DNA from: Mobula hypostoma
Lineage: Eukaryota
Assembly (NCBI RefSeq): GCF_963921235.1
Contig: NC_086097.1
Coordinates: forward strand, 94,738,001-94,802,000
Direction: 5' to 3'
DNA: 64,000 nucleotides
The notes under the pieces were generated by a model that had not been told where the DNA came from, did not search any database, and saw nothing but the letters and a program-made list of their open reading frames with translations. Shown here one piece after another: positions 49,684-62,795 of this stretch; position 1 is the stretch's first letter; every line of letters starts with the position of its first letter. A program made the translations under genes and the position numbers.

Positions 49684-50370
49684 TAGATTAGATTAGATTA
49701 TGAGGACACGCAGTCCTCTTTTATTGTCATTTAGTAATGCATGCATTAAGAAATGATACAATGTTCCTCCGGTGTGATATCACAGAAACACAAGACAGAC
49801 CAAGACTGAAAAACTGACAGAAACCACATAATTATAACATATAGTTACAACAGTGCAAGCAATACCGTAATTTGATGAAGAACAGACCATGGGCATGGTA
49901 AAAAAAAAGTCTCAAAGTCTCTCAAAAATCCCATCATCTCACGCAGACGGAAGAAGGAAGAACACTCTCCCTGTCGTGAGCTTCCAGCACCGCAAACTTG
50001 CCAATGCAGCATTCTGGAAGCACCCGATCACAGTCCGACTCTGAGTCCGTCCGAAAACTTCGAGCCTCTGACCAGCCCTCCGACACCGAGCACCGAGCAC
50101 CATCTCTGTCGAGCTCTTCGACCCTGACCCCAGCCCCGGCAACAGGCAATAGGCAAAGCTAAGGATTTGGGGCCTTCCCCTCTGGAGATTCTCGATCGCA
50201 CAGTAACAGCGGCAGCAAACCGGGCATTTCAGAAGTTTCTCCAGATGTTCCTCCGTGCTTTTCACATCTGTCTCCATCAAATCAGGATTGTGCACGGCAT
50301 CCTACTTACAAATACGATATCATTCACCAGAGAGCTGCGCGCGCTGCGTCGCGCCGCCATCTTCTCCTCC
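49684..50370 (-). mobile_element. Young, apparently full-length non-autonomous element (AAGATGGCGG head, (TAATC)n tail)
   Basis: Minus strand ggagaagatggcggcgcgacgcagcgcgcgc; CpG-rich; aataaaa followed by the TAATC tail. Confidence 0.8.
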
Positions 50371-50679
50371 CTCCCTTTTGAAAAGAGAACACTTTGCCTT
50401 GAAGAAGGGAAGCAGGTGGAGCAGTTGTAGGAAGCAGTGTGGCTGGTGACAGACCCCCATCCAACTGATAGCAGCCCTTGTGACGAGGAGATATTTTCCC
50501 GAGGTCCCACTGGGCTCAGTGTCTACAGGACAGCTCACCCAGTTTTACACAACACGGACAGGGAGGCCATTGTGTGCTTTGTCAGTGAGGTGTATTCCAC
50601 CCCCCCCACGACCCAAGGTAGGTACAGTATCTCCACACACCCCTCCCTGCATGCCTGGCATGAACACCCTTGTATATAC

Positions 50680-50933
50680 ATAGCACACACGCATGAGTGT
50701 ATGCACAAACCCACACTCCTACACTTACACACACAACTCACACACACTCACACATGTGCATACATACATACACACACATATATATGCACACATGCACACA
50801 AGCACACAAACGCACATTTACTTACATACTATACACACTGATACACAGACACACATTTGCAAACACAATGACACAGAGATATACACAAATGAACATACAG
50901 ACATGTGGACATCTACATATATATATATACACA

Positions 50934-50967
<34 letters not shown>

Positions 50968-51075
50968 ATTTGCACATATTCACACACACACATGCAAACT
51001 CTCACACATCCACAGACACTAAAACACACTTATGCAGTTGTGTGCACAGTGACAAAGATATGAACACACACACCC
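50680..51075. repeat. Degenerate (CA)n/(TACA)n low-complexity tract
   Basis: Seen directly; explains the His/Thr-rich ORFs. Confidence 0.92.
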
Positions 51076-52054
51076 CCATAGAATTTCTCTGGGAATCTCG
51101 GGTGACTCCAGTAAAATGCCTTGGATGAGAGCACACCGAATCCTGTCTCATTCATTGGTCCCCGTCTAGGTCAGGATATGGACTTAACCAAGGATGTCCC
51201 TTGTTATCGGAAATGGGTGACCTGGCACTGGCCAGAAGGTGCATTCAGGGCAGTCAATGGCCACAGCCGGACTGTTAGAGAGGATGAGGTGCCAAGGGTT
51301 TGCACAAATCTCAGGGAGAAACTCGTCGACAGTTTCATCGACAAGACAACACAGCTCTGAAGGCAGCCCTGAGTGACCAGTGGATGCCTGGGCTGTTGCC
51401 AGCTTCACTTTGGCTGGAGGAAGCTGCAGGGCATGGGGTTAACCTGCACTACCTGCCCTCTGAAACCACTGGCACTCCCAGGAGTGTGGCTATGTACCTG
51501 AGCTCCACATTCCGGCTGCACTGAGGCTGCCAACTTCCCTCCTCACCCCTGTATACCCCGTGCCAGGTCCCTGGCTGGTCCATCTGCTGCTCCTTTACCT
51601 CAGTTTGAGACTGCTTCTTCTATTCATGTACTTTCAGCTCAAACCAATCTTGAGACACACAACCGATCCACTTCCTGGTCTGATAACAGTCCTCTCTTCA
51701 AACAAAGACCAGTACTTTAAATAGGACCTCAAGATGTCCCAGACCATTCAGGGATTAGACTTCATAAACATCTCCATCAGACCGCTCACACCAACGTTTC
51801 CCACTTTTGGAAAGCCTTGCAGCCCACACTACTGCCACCTTCCAAAGGACCCAGGAAGGTCCCCCACAGTGGAATCTCCCCATTTGCTCTTGGTTGTTCT
51901 CCTGACAGAAGCCAATTAACCACAAGCAAAAGCTCCTAGAAGAGCGATACAAATTTGGGGAAATGCCTGAAAAGTGCTGACCTTTCTAATGTTCCTCACC
52001 CAAGCTACATGGAAATAAACACGCAGTCCAGCACTCTCCAAACACTGGGAGCAG

Positions 52055-53542
52055 CTATGTAAAGAGTAAAAGGGAGGCAAGAGTAAATATTGGATTGCCG
52101 GAAAATGACACTGGAGAAGTATTAATGGAGGACGAGGAAATGGCACTCTTCACTGTGGAAGACATTAGCAGTATGCTGGAAGTTCGAGAGTGTCAGGGTA
52201 CAAAAGTGAGTGTAGTTGCTATTGCTAGGGAAAAGGTGCTTGAGAAGCTGAAAGGTCTGATGGTTGATAAGTCGCCTGGACCAGATGGACTACAGTCCAG
52301 GGTTCTAAAGGAGGTAGCTGAAGAGATTGTGGAAATATTAGTAATCACCTTTCATGAATCAATAGGTTCTGACATGGCTCTGGAGGACTGGAAAATTGCA
52401 AATGTCACTCCACTTTTCAAGAAGGGAGGGAGGCAGAAGAAAGGAAATTATAGGCCATTTAGCCTGACCTCAGCGTTTGGGAAGATTTTGGAGTCAATTG
52501 TTAAGGATGTGGTTTTGGGATACAGTACTTGGAGGCACATGATAAAATCGGCCAAAGTTAGCACGTTTTCTTTAAGGGAAAATCTTGCCTGACAAATCTG
52601 TTGGAATTCTTTGAGGAGGATAGACAATAGAGAATCAATGGATGTTGTGTACTTAGAAGGCCTCAGACAAGCTGCCTCACATGAATCTGTCTAACAAGTT
52701 AAAAGACTATGGTATTAAAGGAAAGATATTAGCATGGATAGAACATTGGCTGAATGGTAGGAGACAGAGAGTGAGAAAAAATGGAGCCTTTTCTGATTGG
52801 CTGCTGGTGACTAGTGGTGTTCCACAGGGGTCTATGTTGGGACCCAATTCTTTTTACAATGTATGTCAATGATTTGGATGATGGAGTTGATGGCTTTGTG
52901 GCCAAGTTTGCAGATGATGCGAAGATAGGTGGAAGGGCAGGTAGTGTTGAGGAAGCAGGGAGGTTGAAGAAGGACTTTGACATACTAGGAGTATCATGAC
53001 CAGGTTTCACCCCTTATTTTAGAAAGGATGTGCTGACATCGGAGAGGGTTCAGAGAAGGTTCATGAGAATGATTCCAGGAACGAAAGGCTTTATCATATG
53101 AGGAGGCATTGATGGCTCTGGGCCTTTACTCACTGGAATTTAGAAAAATGAAGGGGGAATCTCATTGAAACCAATCGAATGTTGAAAGGCCTCAGTAGAG
53201 TGGATGTGGAGAAGATATTTCCTATGGTGGGGGAGTTTAGAATCAGAGGGCACAACCTCAGAATAGAGGGACATCCATTTAGAATGGAAATAAGGAGGTA
53301 TTTCTTTAGCCAGATGGTGTAGAATCTGTGGAATTTGTTCACAGGCTGCTGTGGGGGACAGGTTATTGGATGTATTTCAGGTGGAGGGTGAGGGGTTCTT
53401 GATCACTCAGGGTGTGGAAAGTTGCAGGGAGAAGGCAGGAGAGTAGAGTTGAGAGGGAAATGAATTAGCCATGAGGAAATGACAGAGCAGACTCGATGGG
53501 CCAAATGGCTTAATTCTGCTCTTATCTGCTATGGTCTTATGG
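52055..53542 (+). mobile_element. Decayed CR1 ORF2 RT and 3' end with internal deletion
   Basis: DKSPGPDG, NYRPFSLTS, SGVPQGSMLGP, KFADDAKIG; tail tctgctatggtcttatgg. Confidence 0.92.
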
Positions 53543-54099
53543 AAATCTGAAATAAAAGCAGAAAGAGGTAGAAATAAGGTGCAAGTCGGGTAGTACTTGC
53601 AGGGAGAGAATCAATGTGTCAAGTCAATGACCTCTGACCAGCACAGAGAATTTGCAGCATTTTCTGTTTTTATTGCAAATAGGCTGCTAACAATCCAAAG
53701 CTGAAGTGAATGGGACTCTGTGGGGAAATGAAACCCACTCAGAAGGGAACAGGAGAAATAACCCAGGATATCCAGAGAGCACCAGCCTGATGCTTCATTC
53801 CTGTCTGTCTAATGAGAATATTGAGTCCTTTCAATATCACTGCCGGATTGAGACACAGGTTCATGCTACTGGTGAGTATCAATACCACTGTTTGAATATC
53901 CTGAAGTGTGCTTACATCCTGCTGGTGAAGATTAAGACGTGTGACCTGTTTTCTGGGTCGGGAAATATTGAATTTGCTGCTGACGAGAGTTGAGGCACAG
54001 TTTTGTAAGCAATTTTGTGGAACGTGATTGTCGGTGGCAAGGCCACCACATCTTGCCCAACGTCACCTCACCCCTAGAGGTCAGCTCTGTGGTCCGTGT

Positions 54100-55455
54100 T
54101 GGGAGGGTGCCGTCAGCAGAGTTACCACTTCACAGCTCCAGAGACTCGAGTTTGATCGTGACCGCGGGTTTTGCCTGTGTGGAGTTCACATGTTCGCCCT
54201 CTTCTTGTGAGGGATTGTTGGGTTGCTCCAGTTTCCTCGCACATCCCAAAGACAGAGAACAGAGAACATTACAGCAGGAGCAAGACCTCTGGCCCTCAAT
54301 GTCGCATGGAACTAATTAAACTAGTAATTAACTACTTAACTAAGCTAATTCCTTCTGGCTATACAATGACCATATCCCTGCATTCTCTGCACATTCATAT
54401 GCCCTTCTAAAGCCTCTTAAATGCCTCCATTGTATTTGCCTCCACCGCCCCCCCGGCAGCACATTCCAGGCGCTCACTCCCTTTTGTGTAAAAAAAACTG
54501 ATTTCAGACACTCCCCACCCTTCGTGTAAAAAAAACTGTCCTGTTCTCCTTTTTGAACTTAGCCCCCACCTTAAATACATGTCCTCTAGTATTAGACATT
54601 TCAACCCTGGGAAATGAAATGAAATATCTTTATTGTCATTGCATAGTACAATTTGTCATGCACCAATACAGCGAAAATGAGTCTGCAACTCTTGTACTCA
54701 ATGCTATAAAACAACAAATAAAATAAATAATCAATAAATAACATCAAGTAACCAGCCAGTACAACCAGCAACCATAAAACCATAAAAAAGATACCTGTCT
54801 GTTTATCTTTCTATCCACGCTTCTCATCATCGTGTAGATTTCTACCAGGTATCCCCTTAGCCTCTACCACTCAAGAGAAATTCAAGTTTGTTCATTCACT
54901 CCTTATAGGACATGCCCTCTAATCCAAGCAATGTCTTCTGCACCCTTCTCCAAAGCCTCCACATCCTTTCTATAACGGGGTGATCAGAACTGAATGCCGT
55001 CCTCCAGAGCTTTATAAGCTGCAGCATAACTTCCTGACTCTTGAATTCAATGCCTTAACAAATAAAGACAAGCATGCCGTACGCCTTCTTTACCAATCAA
55101 TCTGTGCAGCCATATTGAGCATCTTCCAAAATCCCTCTGTGAAGGGTCCTGCCATGAACAGTGTACTCTCCCTTTACATGTGATCTCCTAAAGTGCAATA
55201 ACTCACACTAATTGTGGTTGAAACTCCACCTGGCATTTCTCCGTCCTTATCTGCAACTGATCTACTATATGTAATGTGGCTTGGTAGGTTAACTAGCCAC
55301 TGTTAACTATTCAGGGTGTGTAAGTGAGAGTTAGAATCTAGGAGAGTTTGTGGAAGTGCTGGAGAGGGTAGGTTATAGAGAATTAAGTAGCTCTGATGCT
55401 ATTGCACTAAGAGATGGCATCAGCTCAATGAACCAAATAGCCTCCTTCTACTTCA
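54100..55455 (+). mobile_element. V-type SINE split by a minus-strand CR1 3' fragment (about 54255-55265)
   Basis: SINE head through cacatcccaaagac (about 54252), resuming ttggtaggttaactagccac at about 55280; CR1 tail agaacagagaac. Confidence 0.7.
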
Positions 55456-55574
55456 TAAGAAAAGAAATTTTATGTAATTTTAAAATGTGTTGAGGAAAGG
55501 AAAATTTTTAAAATGCATATGGTAAAAACCTCAAATAAAAACAGAGAATGTTGGAAACAGGGCAGTGGGGTGGA

Positions 55575-55940
55575 GATAGGTCTGTACAAAAGAAGGCGCA
55601 AGGGACTCCTTCCCTCGATTAGCCTGCGGCCACCTTTGGGCAAGGTGTAGCTATTGCTTAGGCCCCCCCACCTCCCCTCGCGATCAAGGTCATGTGAAGC
55701 CCTGGAAGCAGGTGGTAGATAGTAACAAAAGCAGCTGGTGCATGTCACGTCCTAGTTATATAACCACAGACACCATGCAGACAGTTTCTGAAGAGTATTG
55801 ATAATTGATAATATCTTGTAAGGACACTGGCCAGAAGAAGGTAATGGCAACCACTCTGTAGAAAAATTTTCCAAGAACAATCATGGTCATGAACAGACCA
55901 TGGTTGCCCACATCATACGACACAGCACATAACAAACTAA
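55575..55940 (+). mobile_element. RTE-related short element inserted in a Penelope-type remnant
   Basis: gaaggtaatggcaaccactctg (BovB/RTE-like motif); tail cgacacagcacataac. Confidence 0.55.
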
Positions 55941-56589
55941 GGAATACCGGGAGCACTCAGCAGACCAGTTGTATCCGTGCAGAGAGAGACATGGTTAACA
56001 TTTCAGGGGCAAGATCCTACAAGAACATGTGTTGACACCTGGAGGCAAGTGGTCCTGGTAAAATTCAAATGGTGATGCCAGAGATATGTTTGTAGTTCCG
56101 CTGGTGAGGATAGAATACATTTGTGTCCCTGCTGGTGTGATGGAGGTTATACTTGTGTCTCTGTTGTCAAGGTTCACTCAAGGGTTAATCACTGCCTATC
56201 AGGTTGGAATATGTTTATTCTTAGCTGATTTGGTATTGAAGCTTTTTGAAAATATCCTTCTGAATATCAATTCCTTTGTTTTCTCTATGGTTTCTAAATT
56301 GCCCGGCAACAAAATAGGTTTATTAAAACCCAAAAATTTATGGCGCTGCACTGCAATCTACAAAAACACACCAGAAATATGCTCAACAAATATGGGACTT
56401 GCCGTTGGCCAAATCAGCTTAGATAAACATTACATTAAATAAAGTGTGATACAGATCGAGATCATCTCTGCACTCACATTGAGTGAGAAAGAGAGAGGAC
56501 CGGTGGGAGTGATGGGGGAGCAGAGAAGGAGTTAATACAAGGATGAGGGTGAAGGAGAAGAGGGGAGAGAGTAGAGGTTAAAACTGAGA

Positions 56590-58884
56590 TCAAGGCGTTT
56601 AGATGGGGTGGAGTTTGTTCGGTGTGTTCAGAAAGGTTTCCTAACGCAATGTGTGGATAAATCAACTAGAGGAGAGACTGTACTTGATCTGGTATTGGGA
56701 AATGAACCTGGTCAGGTGTCAGATCTCTCGGTGGGAGAGCATTTTGGAGGTAGTGATCACAACTCTATCTCCTTTACCACAGCACTGGAGAGGGATAGGA
56801 GCAGACAATTTGGGAAAATACTTAATTGGGTAGGGGGAAATATGATGCTATCAGACAGGAACTTGGGAACATAAATAGGGAGTAGATGTTCTCAGGGAAA
56901 TGCACAGCAGAAATGTGGAAAATGTTCAGGGACCATTTGCATGGAGTTCTGCATAGGTATGTTCCATTGAGGCAGGGAAAGGATGGTAGGGGAAAAGAAC
57001 TGTGGTGTACAAAGGATGTAGAAAATCTAGTTAAGCAGAAAAGAAAAGCTTCCGAAAGTTTCAAGAAACTAGGTACTCTAGAGTTCTAGATAATTACAAG
57101 GGTGCCAGGAAGGAGCTCACGAATGAAATTAGGAGAGCTAGAAGGGGCCTAGAGAAGTTCTAGGCAAGTAGGATTAAGGAAAATGCCGAGGCATTCTACA
57201 AGTATGTGAAGAGCAAGAGGATGAGCCATGTGAGAATAGGACCAATCAGGTGCGATAGTGGAAGCATGTGCATGGAGCCAGAGGAGGTAGAGGTGGTACT
57301 TAATGAATACTTCGCTTCAGTATTCACCAGTGAAAAGAACCTTGACAATTGCGGGGATGACTCACAATGGACTGAAACGCTTAGTGTAAAGACATTAAGA
57401 AAGAGGATGCATTGGAGCTTTTGAAAGATATTAAGTTAGATAAATTGCTGGGACCTGACAAGATATACCCCAGGCTACTGTGGGAAGCGAGGGAGGAGAT
57501 TGCTGAGCCTCTGGTGATGATCTTTGCATCATCAATAGGGATGGGAGAAGTACCAGAGGATTGGATGGTTGCACATGTTGTTCCCTTGTTCAAGAAAGGG
57601 AATAGAGATAACTCAGGAAATTATAGACCAATGAGTCTTACTTCAGTGGTGGGCAAGTTGTTGGAGAAGATCCTGAGAGGCAAGATTTATGAGCATTTGG
57701 AAAGATATAATCGGATTAGGGATAGTCAGCATAAGCCTAATTGAGTCTTTGAGAATGTAACAAAGCACATTGATGAAGGTAGAGCAGTGGATATAGTGCG
57801 TATGGATTTCAGTAAGGCATTTGATAAGCCTTATATCAGAGGCATTGATCATGTGGATAGCCAGAGACTTTTTCCCAAGGCTGATAAGGTTCCCCATGCA
57901 AGGCTCATGCAGCAAGTAAGGAGGCATGGAATCCAAGGAGACCTTGCTTTGTGGATCCAGTATTGGCTTGCCCACAGAAGGCAAAGGGTGGTTGTAGATG
58001 GGTCATATTCTGCATGGAGGACGGTGACCAGTAGTGTTCCACAGGGATCTGTTCTGGGATACCTCCTCTTTGTGATTTTTATAAATGACCTGGATGAGGA
58101 AGTAGAAGGGTGGTTTGGTAAGTTTGCTGATGACACAAAGGTTGGGGATGTTGTGGATAATCTGGAGGGTTGTCAGAGGTTACAGTGAAACATTGATAGG
58201 ATGCAGAACTGGGCTGAGAAGTGGCAGATGGAATTCAACCCAGATAAGTGTGAAGTGGTTCATTCGGTGGGTCAAATTTGAAGACAGAATATAATATTAA
58301 TGGTCTGACTCTTGGCAGTGCAGAGGATCAGTGAGATCTTGGGGTCCATGTCTATTTGACACTCAAGCTGCTGCACAGGTTGACAGTGTTAAGAAGGCAT
58401 ATGGTGTGTTGGCATTCATCAACTGTGGGATTGAGTTCAAGAGCCGTGCGGTAATGTTACATCTATACAAGACCTTAGTTAGACCCCACTTGGAGTACTG
58501 TGTTCAGTTCTGGTCACCTCACCACAGGAAGGATGTGGATGCTATAGAGAGAGTGCAGAGGAGATTTACAAGGATGTTGCCTGAATTGGAGAGCGTGCCT
58601 TATGAGAATAGGTTGCGTGAACTTGGCCTTTTCTTCTTGGAGCGACGGCGGATGAAAGGTGACCTAATAGAGGTGTCTAAGATGATAGAGGCATTGATCA
58701 TGTGGATAGCCAGAGACTTTTTCCCAAGGCTGAAATGGCTAACATGAGGGGGCATAGTTTTAAGGTGCTTGGAAGTCAGTGCAAGGGGGATATCAGAGAT
58801 AAGTTTTTCACACAGAGAGTGGTGGGTGCGTGAAATGCACTGCCAGCAAAGGTGGTAGAGGTGGATACAATAAGGTCTTTTAAA
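56590..58884 (+). mobile_element. Decayed CR1 ORF2
   Basis: LDLVLGNEP, GSDHNSI, NYRPMSLTS, DFSKAFDK, KFADDTKVG, RPHLEYCVQFWSP. Confidence 0.93.
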
Positions 58885-59810
58885 GTGTTGCTTCCTCTGA
58901 TTTATTTTTTGTTTGTGATAGACCACTTGAAGCTGAACACAAGTATAATTTCAGACTATTTGTATCACATAGGAATTTGGAGAAACAAGAAATTAATTTT
59001 TATTGAATATAATGCATTTAATTGCATAATGGTATTGTCGCTTTGCAATAATTCAACTAAGCTAAAATGTTTGTTGATGATTTTCATTTATACTCAGTGT
59101 CTGAGGCTTCTCGCTTCAGTGTCTAACAATAATTAGTCAGCATTGATGGATTCCAGTTTCCCTGACACTGTTTCTCCATGACCGCAATGTCCAGGTGAAA
59201 CCTTTCACCGTGCTCGTCACTGACAGCACCAGGATTTGCAGGGAAGAAGTCTAAATGGGAATGCAGAAAATGAATCTTCAGTGACATGTTGCACTTCATG
59301 GACTTGTGTGCTTGAAATATGTTGTCAACCAGCTGCACGTAGTTTGCTGCTCTGTAGTTGCCAAGAAAATTTTCAACAACATCCTTGAATGCCTTCAATG
59401 TGATTTTCTCTGGTCCCACTAGAAATTCTTCGAATTGCCTGTTATTGATGACCTGTATTGATTTGTGGACCAACAAAAATGCCTTCCTTAATCTTGGCAT
59501 CAGTTTTTCTGGGAAACATCTGTCTCAAATTTTGAAACCCTTCTCGGAAATTTATAACCTTTCTAAAACTTATCCTCCGCCCTGTCTAAGCATGCCCAGG
59601 CATGCCTGGACAAGATAGAAAACTTTTCAGCTTACGTTGTGGACAACATTTTAATTGACTTAAATTATGAATTGAAATAACAAATATAGGGGATTTCAAA
59701 AAAAATGGTGCATGATAGGGAAATTTCATGGTGATTTTCATGATCAGCAGCCCACAATCCATAAGATACAGCCAAAATTATTCAGGAAGCAAAATCATTG
59801 TTATCCAGTG
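58884..59810 (-). mobile_element. Chapaev3-like (CMC) DNA transposon deletion derivative with transposase C-terminal remnant
   Basis: MSLKIHFLHSHLDFFPANPGAVSDEHGERFHLDIAVMEKQCQG; terminus taa|CACTGGATAACAA at 59810; subterminal ttgcttcct inverted at both ends. Confidence 0.75.
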
Positions 59811-59954
59811 TTATGTTTTCAATCAGTAGTTTCTTGGGCACATCTTCTCATAATTCTGATATGACATAGTTTCATAATTCTTACAGGATTTTCAGCTCAT
59901 GAAGTCTATGTTGGCCAGGAAATAAGTCCACTTATTTCCCTGTAATCTACCCCG

Positions 59955-60150
59955 AGATTCTGCCCTATACCTACACTCTAGGGGCAAGTTACAGTGGCCA
60001 ATTAACCTGACAACTCACATGCCATTGAGAAGAAACTGGAGCACCCAGAGAGAACCAAAAGGAGAGCATGTAAACTCCACACAGATAGCATCTGAGCTCA
60101 GGACCAAATCTGGATCTCTGGAGGTGAGATGAAACTATGCTATTGTGTAA
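59955..60150 (-). mobile_element. V-type SINE fragment
   Basis: Minus strand tgtgtggagtttacatgctctcc...gttaattggccactgtaacttgcccct. Confidence 0.75.
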
Positions 60151-60846
60151 CCAATCATCGAGCTCTCCCATGGGTATCCGGGCACCTGACATTTCAGTAG
60201 AGTTCTCTTAATAGCCAATATTTACGGTGCTGCTTGGGCTGTAACATTAGTAACCCAATGGGATCCAACTGCACAGCTCATCTGTTACACAGACCTTTCT
60301 CATACTTCCTTATGGCAGAAGACTGGGCAAGAACAAGAGGGAAAGACCATAGGGAACAGGAAGAGAGAAGGGGAGCTTGGGAGAAAAAGTGGAAGAGGGA
60401 GGAAGGATTGGATAAGTTGAGAAAAGAGTGAGAACTCAATGGGTAAAAGGGGGAAGGAGGGGAGAGGACCAATGGGAAAATGGGGATAAGTGAGAAAGGA
60501 AGAGAGGCAATCAGATCAAAGAAAAAGGTCAATTCTTCGTCAATGATGCCTGATCGGGAGAGGTTTTGCAGCCTATTCCTTCTGCACTGCTTTTCACCAC
60601 AGGCTGTGATCATTAGACAGAGCAAAACAATCCGACACTCCAAGATGAATGTTGCGAATTCTCAGTTCTCAGTGCTAGCAACATATCTGGCAAATGGCCT
60701 CACACACCACATGGGATTCTGATGGAACCAGGTACTTATTCAACTTTTCCTTCAGAAGTCTCGTTGAATTTTCTTCCGTCACTTTATCAGACTGTGTACT
60801 CCAGGTTATAATAGTCTGCTACTCTGCAGAAGGAATTCTACTCATT

Positions 60847-60927
60847 TGTGTGTGATTGCCTGATTGTGCTTGTGCGTGCGTGCGTGTTTGTGCGCGTGTG
60901 TGAGCATGTGTGTGTACACATGTGTGT
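60847..60927. repeat. Imperfect (GT)n/(GCGT)n microsatellite
   Basis: Seen directly. Confidence 0.85.
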
Positions 60928-61069
60928 ATCCTTTCAGGGTAGAGAATTCTGGACACCACAGAACAGGTTCTTGTGCTCCAAGTTGGAGAAAGAGCGAGAC
61001 AAACATGTAGCAATGGTCACCCTTGAGATAGGTATGGGATTAACAGACCCCAGAGACTTCAGCCACTCT

Positions 61070-62620
61070 TGCCTGTAGAGGCAAACATCATCAGGGACCC
61101 ACACCATCCTGGCCATGCCCACTTCTGAAGCCCCACACCTCAAAGTTCAACAATAGCTCCTTCCCCACTGCCACCAGGTTGTTACACTGACACAAACATT
61201 TCCAACATTATCTTGACTGTTTATTGTTCCTCTCTCTCAATATTGCATGAAGATCATTATGTTAATTCTGTTGTTTATTTTGCATGGTGTGTATGTATAA
61301 TCTATGTTCATTTAAGTTTATGTTAGTTTATGATTGTCCTTGTCTTGTGACAAATGTGTTGCTGCAAAAAAAAACAACTTTTGTGGCATCTATGCCCTGT
61401 GTATGTGTGCCTATGACGAGAAGAAACTTGAAAGAATAAGATTGAAGATCTGGCTGAGTGGTGGGTCACACCAACAACCTCTTACTCAACGTCAGCAAGA
61501 TCAAGGAGCTAATTATTGATTTCAGAAGAAGGAAACCGGAGGTCCATGAGCCAGATTTCATCGGGGGATCAGAGGTGAAGGTGGTCAGCAACTTCAAATT
61601 CCTTGGTGTTACCATTTCCAAGGATCAGTCCTGGGTAACTATGAAGAAAGCATGACAGTGCCACTACTTCCTTAACAGTTAGCAAAGATTCGGCATGACA
61701 TCTAAAACTTTGACAGACTTCTATAGATGTGTGGTGGAGAGTATATTGACTGGCTGCAACACAACCTGGTATGAAAACACCATTGCCCTTGACTGGAAAA
61801 TCCTACAAAATGTAGTGGATATGGCCCGGTCCAGCACAGGTAAAGCCCTTCCCACTGCTGAGCACATTGCATGGATCGCTGTCGCAGGAAAACAGCATCC
61901 ATCATCAGAGACCCTTGCTCCCCAGGTCATGCTCTCTTCTCACTGCTGCCATCAGGAAGAAGGTACAGAAGCCTCAGGACTCAGCACCAGGTTCAGGAAC
62001 AATTACCCCTCAATCATCAGGACCAAATCTTGAACCAAAGGGGATAACTTCTCTCGCCCCATCACTAAAGTGTTCCCACAACCAGTGGGCTCACTCTCAA
62101 GGTCTCTTCATCTCGTGTGTGCAGGGCATGCCCCCTTCTCACTGTTACCATCAGGAAGGAGGTACAGGAGCCTGAAGGCGCACACTCAGTGATTCAGGAA
62201 CAGCTTCTTCCCCCTCTGCCATCCGATTCCTCAATGGACATTGAACCCGTGAACACTACCTCACTACTTTTTTATTTCTGTTTTTTTGCACTACTGTACT
62301 TATTTTAACTTAACTAGTTAATAGACATATCTATACTTGCTGTAATTCAGATTTTTTTCTCTGTATTTATTTATCATGTATTTCATTGAACTGCTGCTGT
62401 AAAGTTAACAAATTTCACAACGTGCACCGGAGATAATTAAACCGGATTTTGATTCTGATGATCTCAATATTTATTGCTGATTTATTTATTTTATTTTGTA
62501 CCTGCAGTTTGTTGTCCACCTATTGGGTGCAGCCTTTCTTTGATTCTATTATGATTATTGGATTTACTGAATATGCCTGCAAGAAAACAGGTATCAGGGC
62601 TGTATGTGGTGACATATATG
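61070..62620 (+). mobile_element. Cluster of nested Rex/Babar LINE 3' fragments
   Basis: NNLLLNVSKIKELIIDFRR; TLTDFYRCVVESILTGC; younger insert at about 62115-62460 ending ttttgattctga. Confidence 0.85.
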
Positions 62621-62795
62621 TACAAAGGGGAAGATCAGATGGGTTCACAGATTGGAAAGAGGACAGGGCCTAGTATAGGTCAACTAGGGCATCATGGTCA
62701 AGTGGGTTCTAGGACCCGTTTCCATGCTGTTTGATTCTATGACTCTGATGAGATGGAAGGAGAGACGGGAGTGACAAGACTCATTCAGAACTCAC

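Noticed and set aside
50437..51128. His/Thr-rich proteins
   Set aside because: Translation of a CA microsatellite
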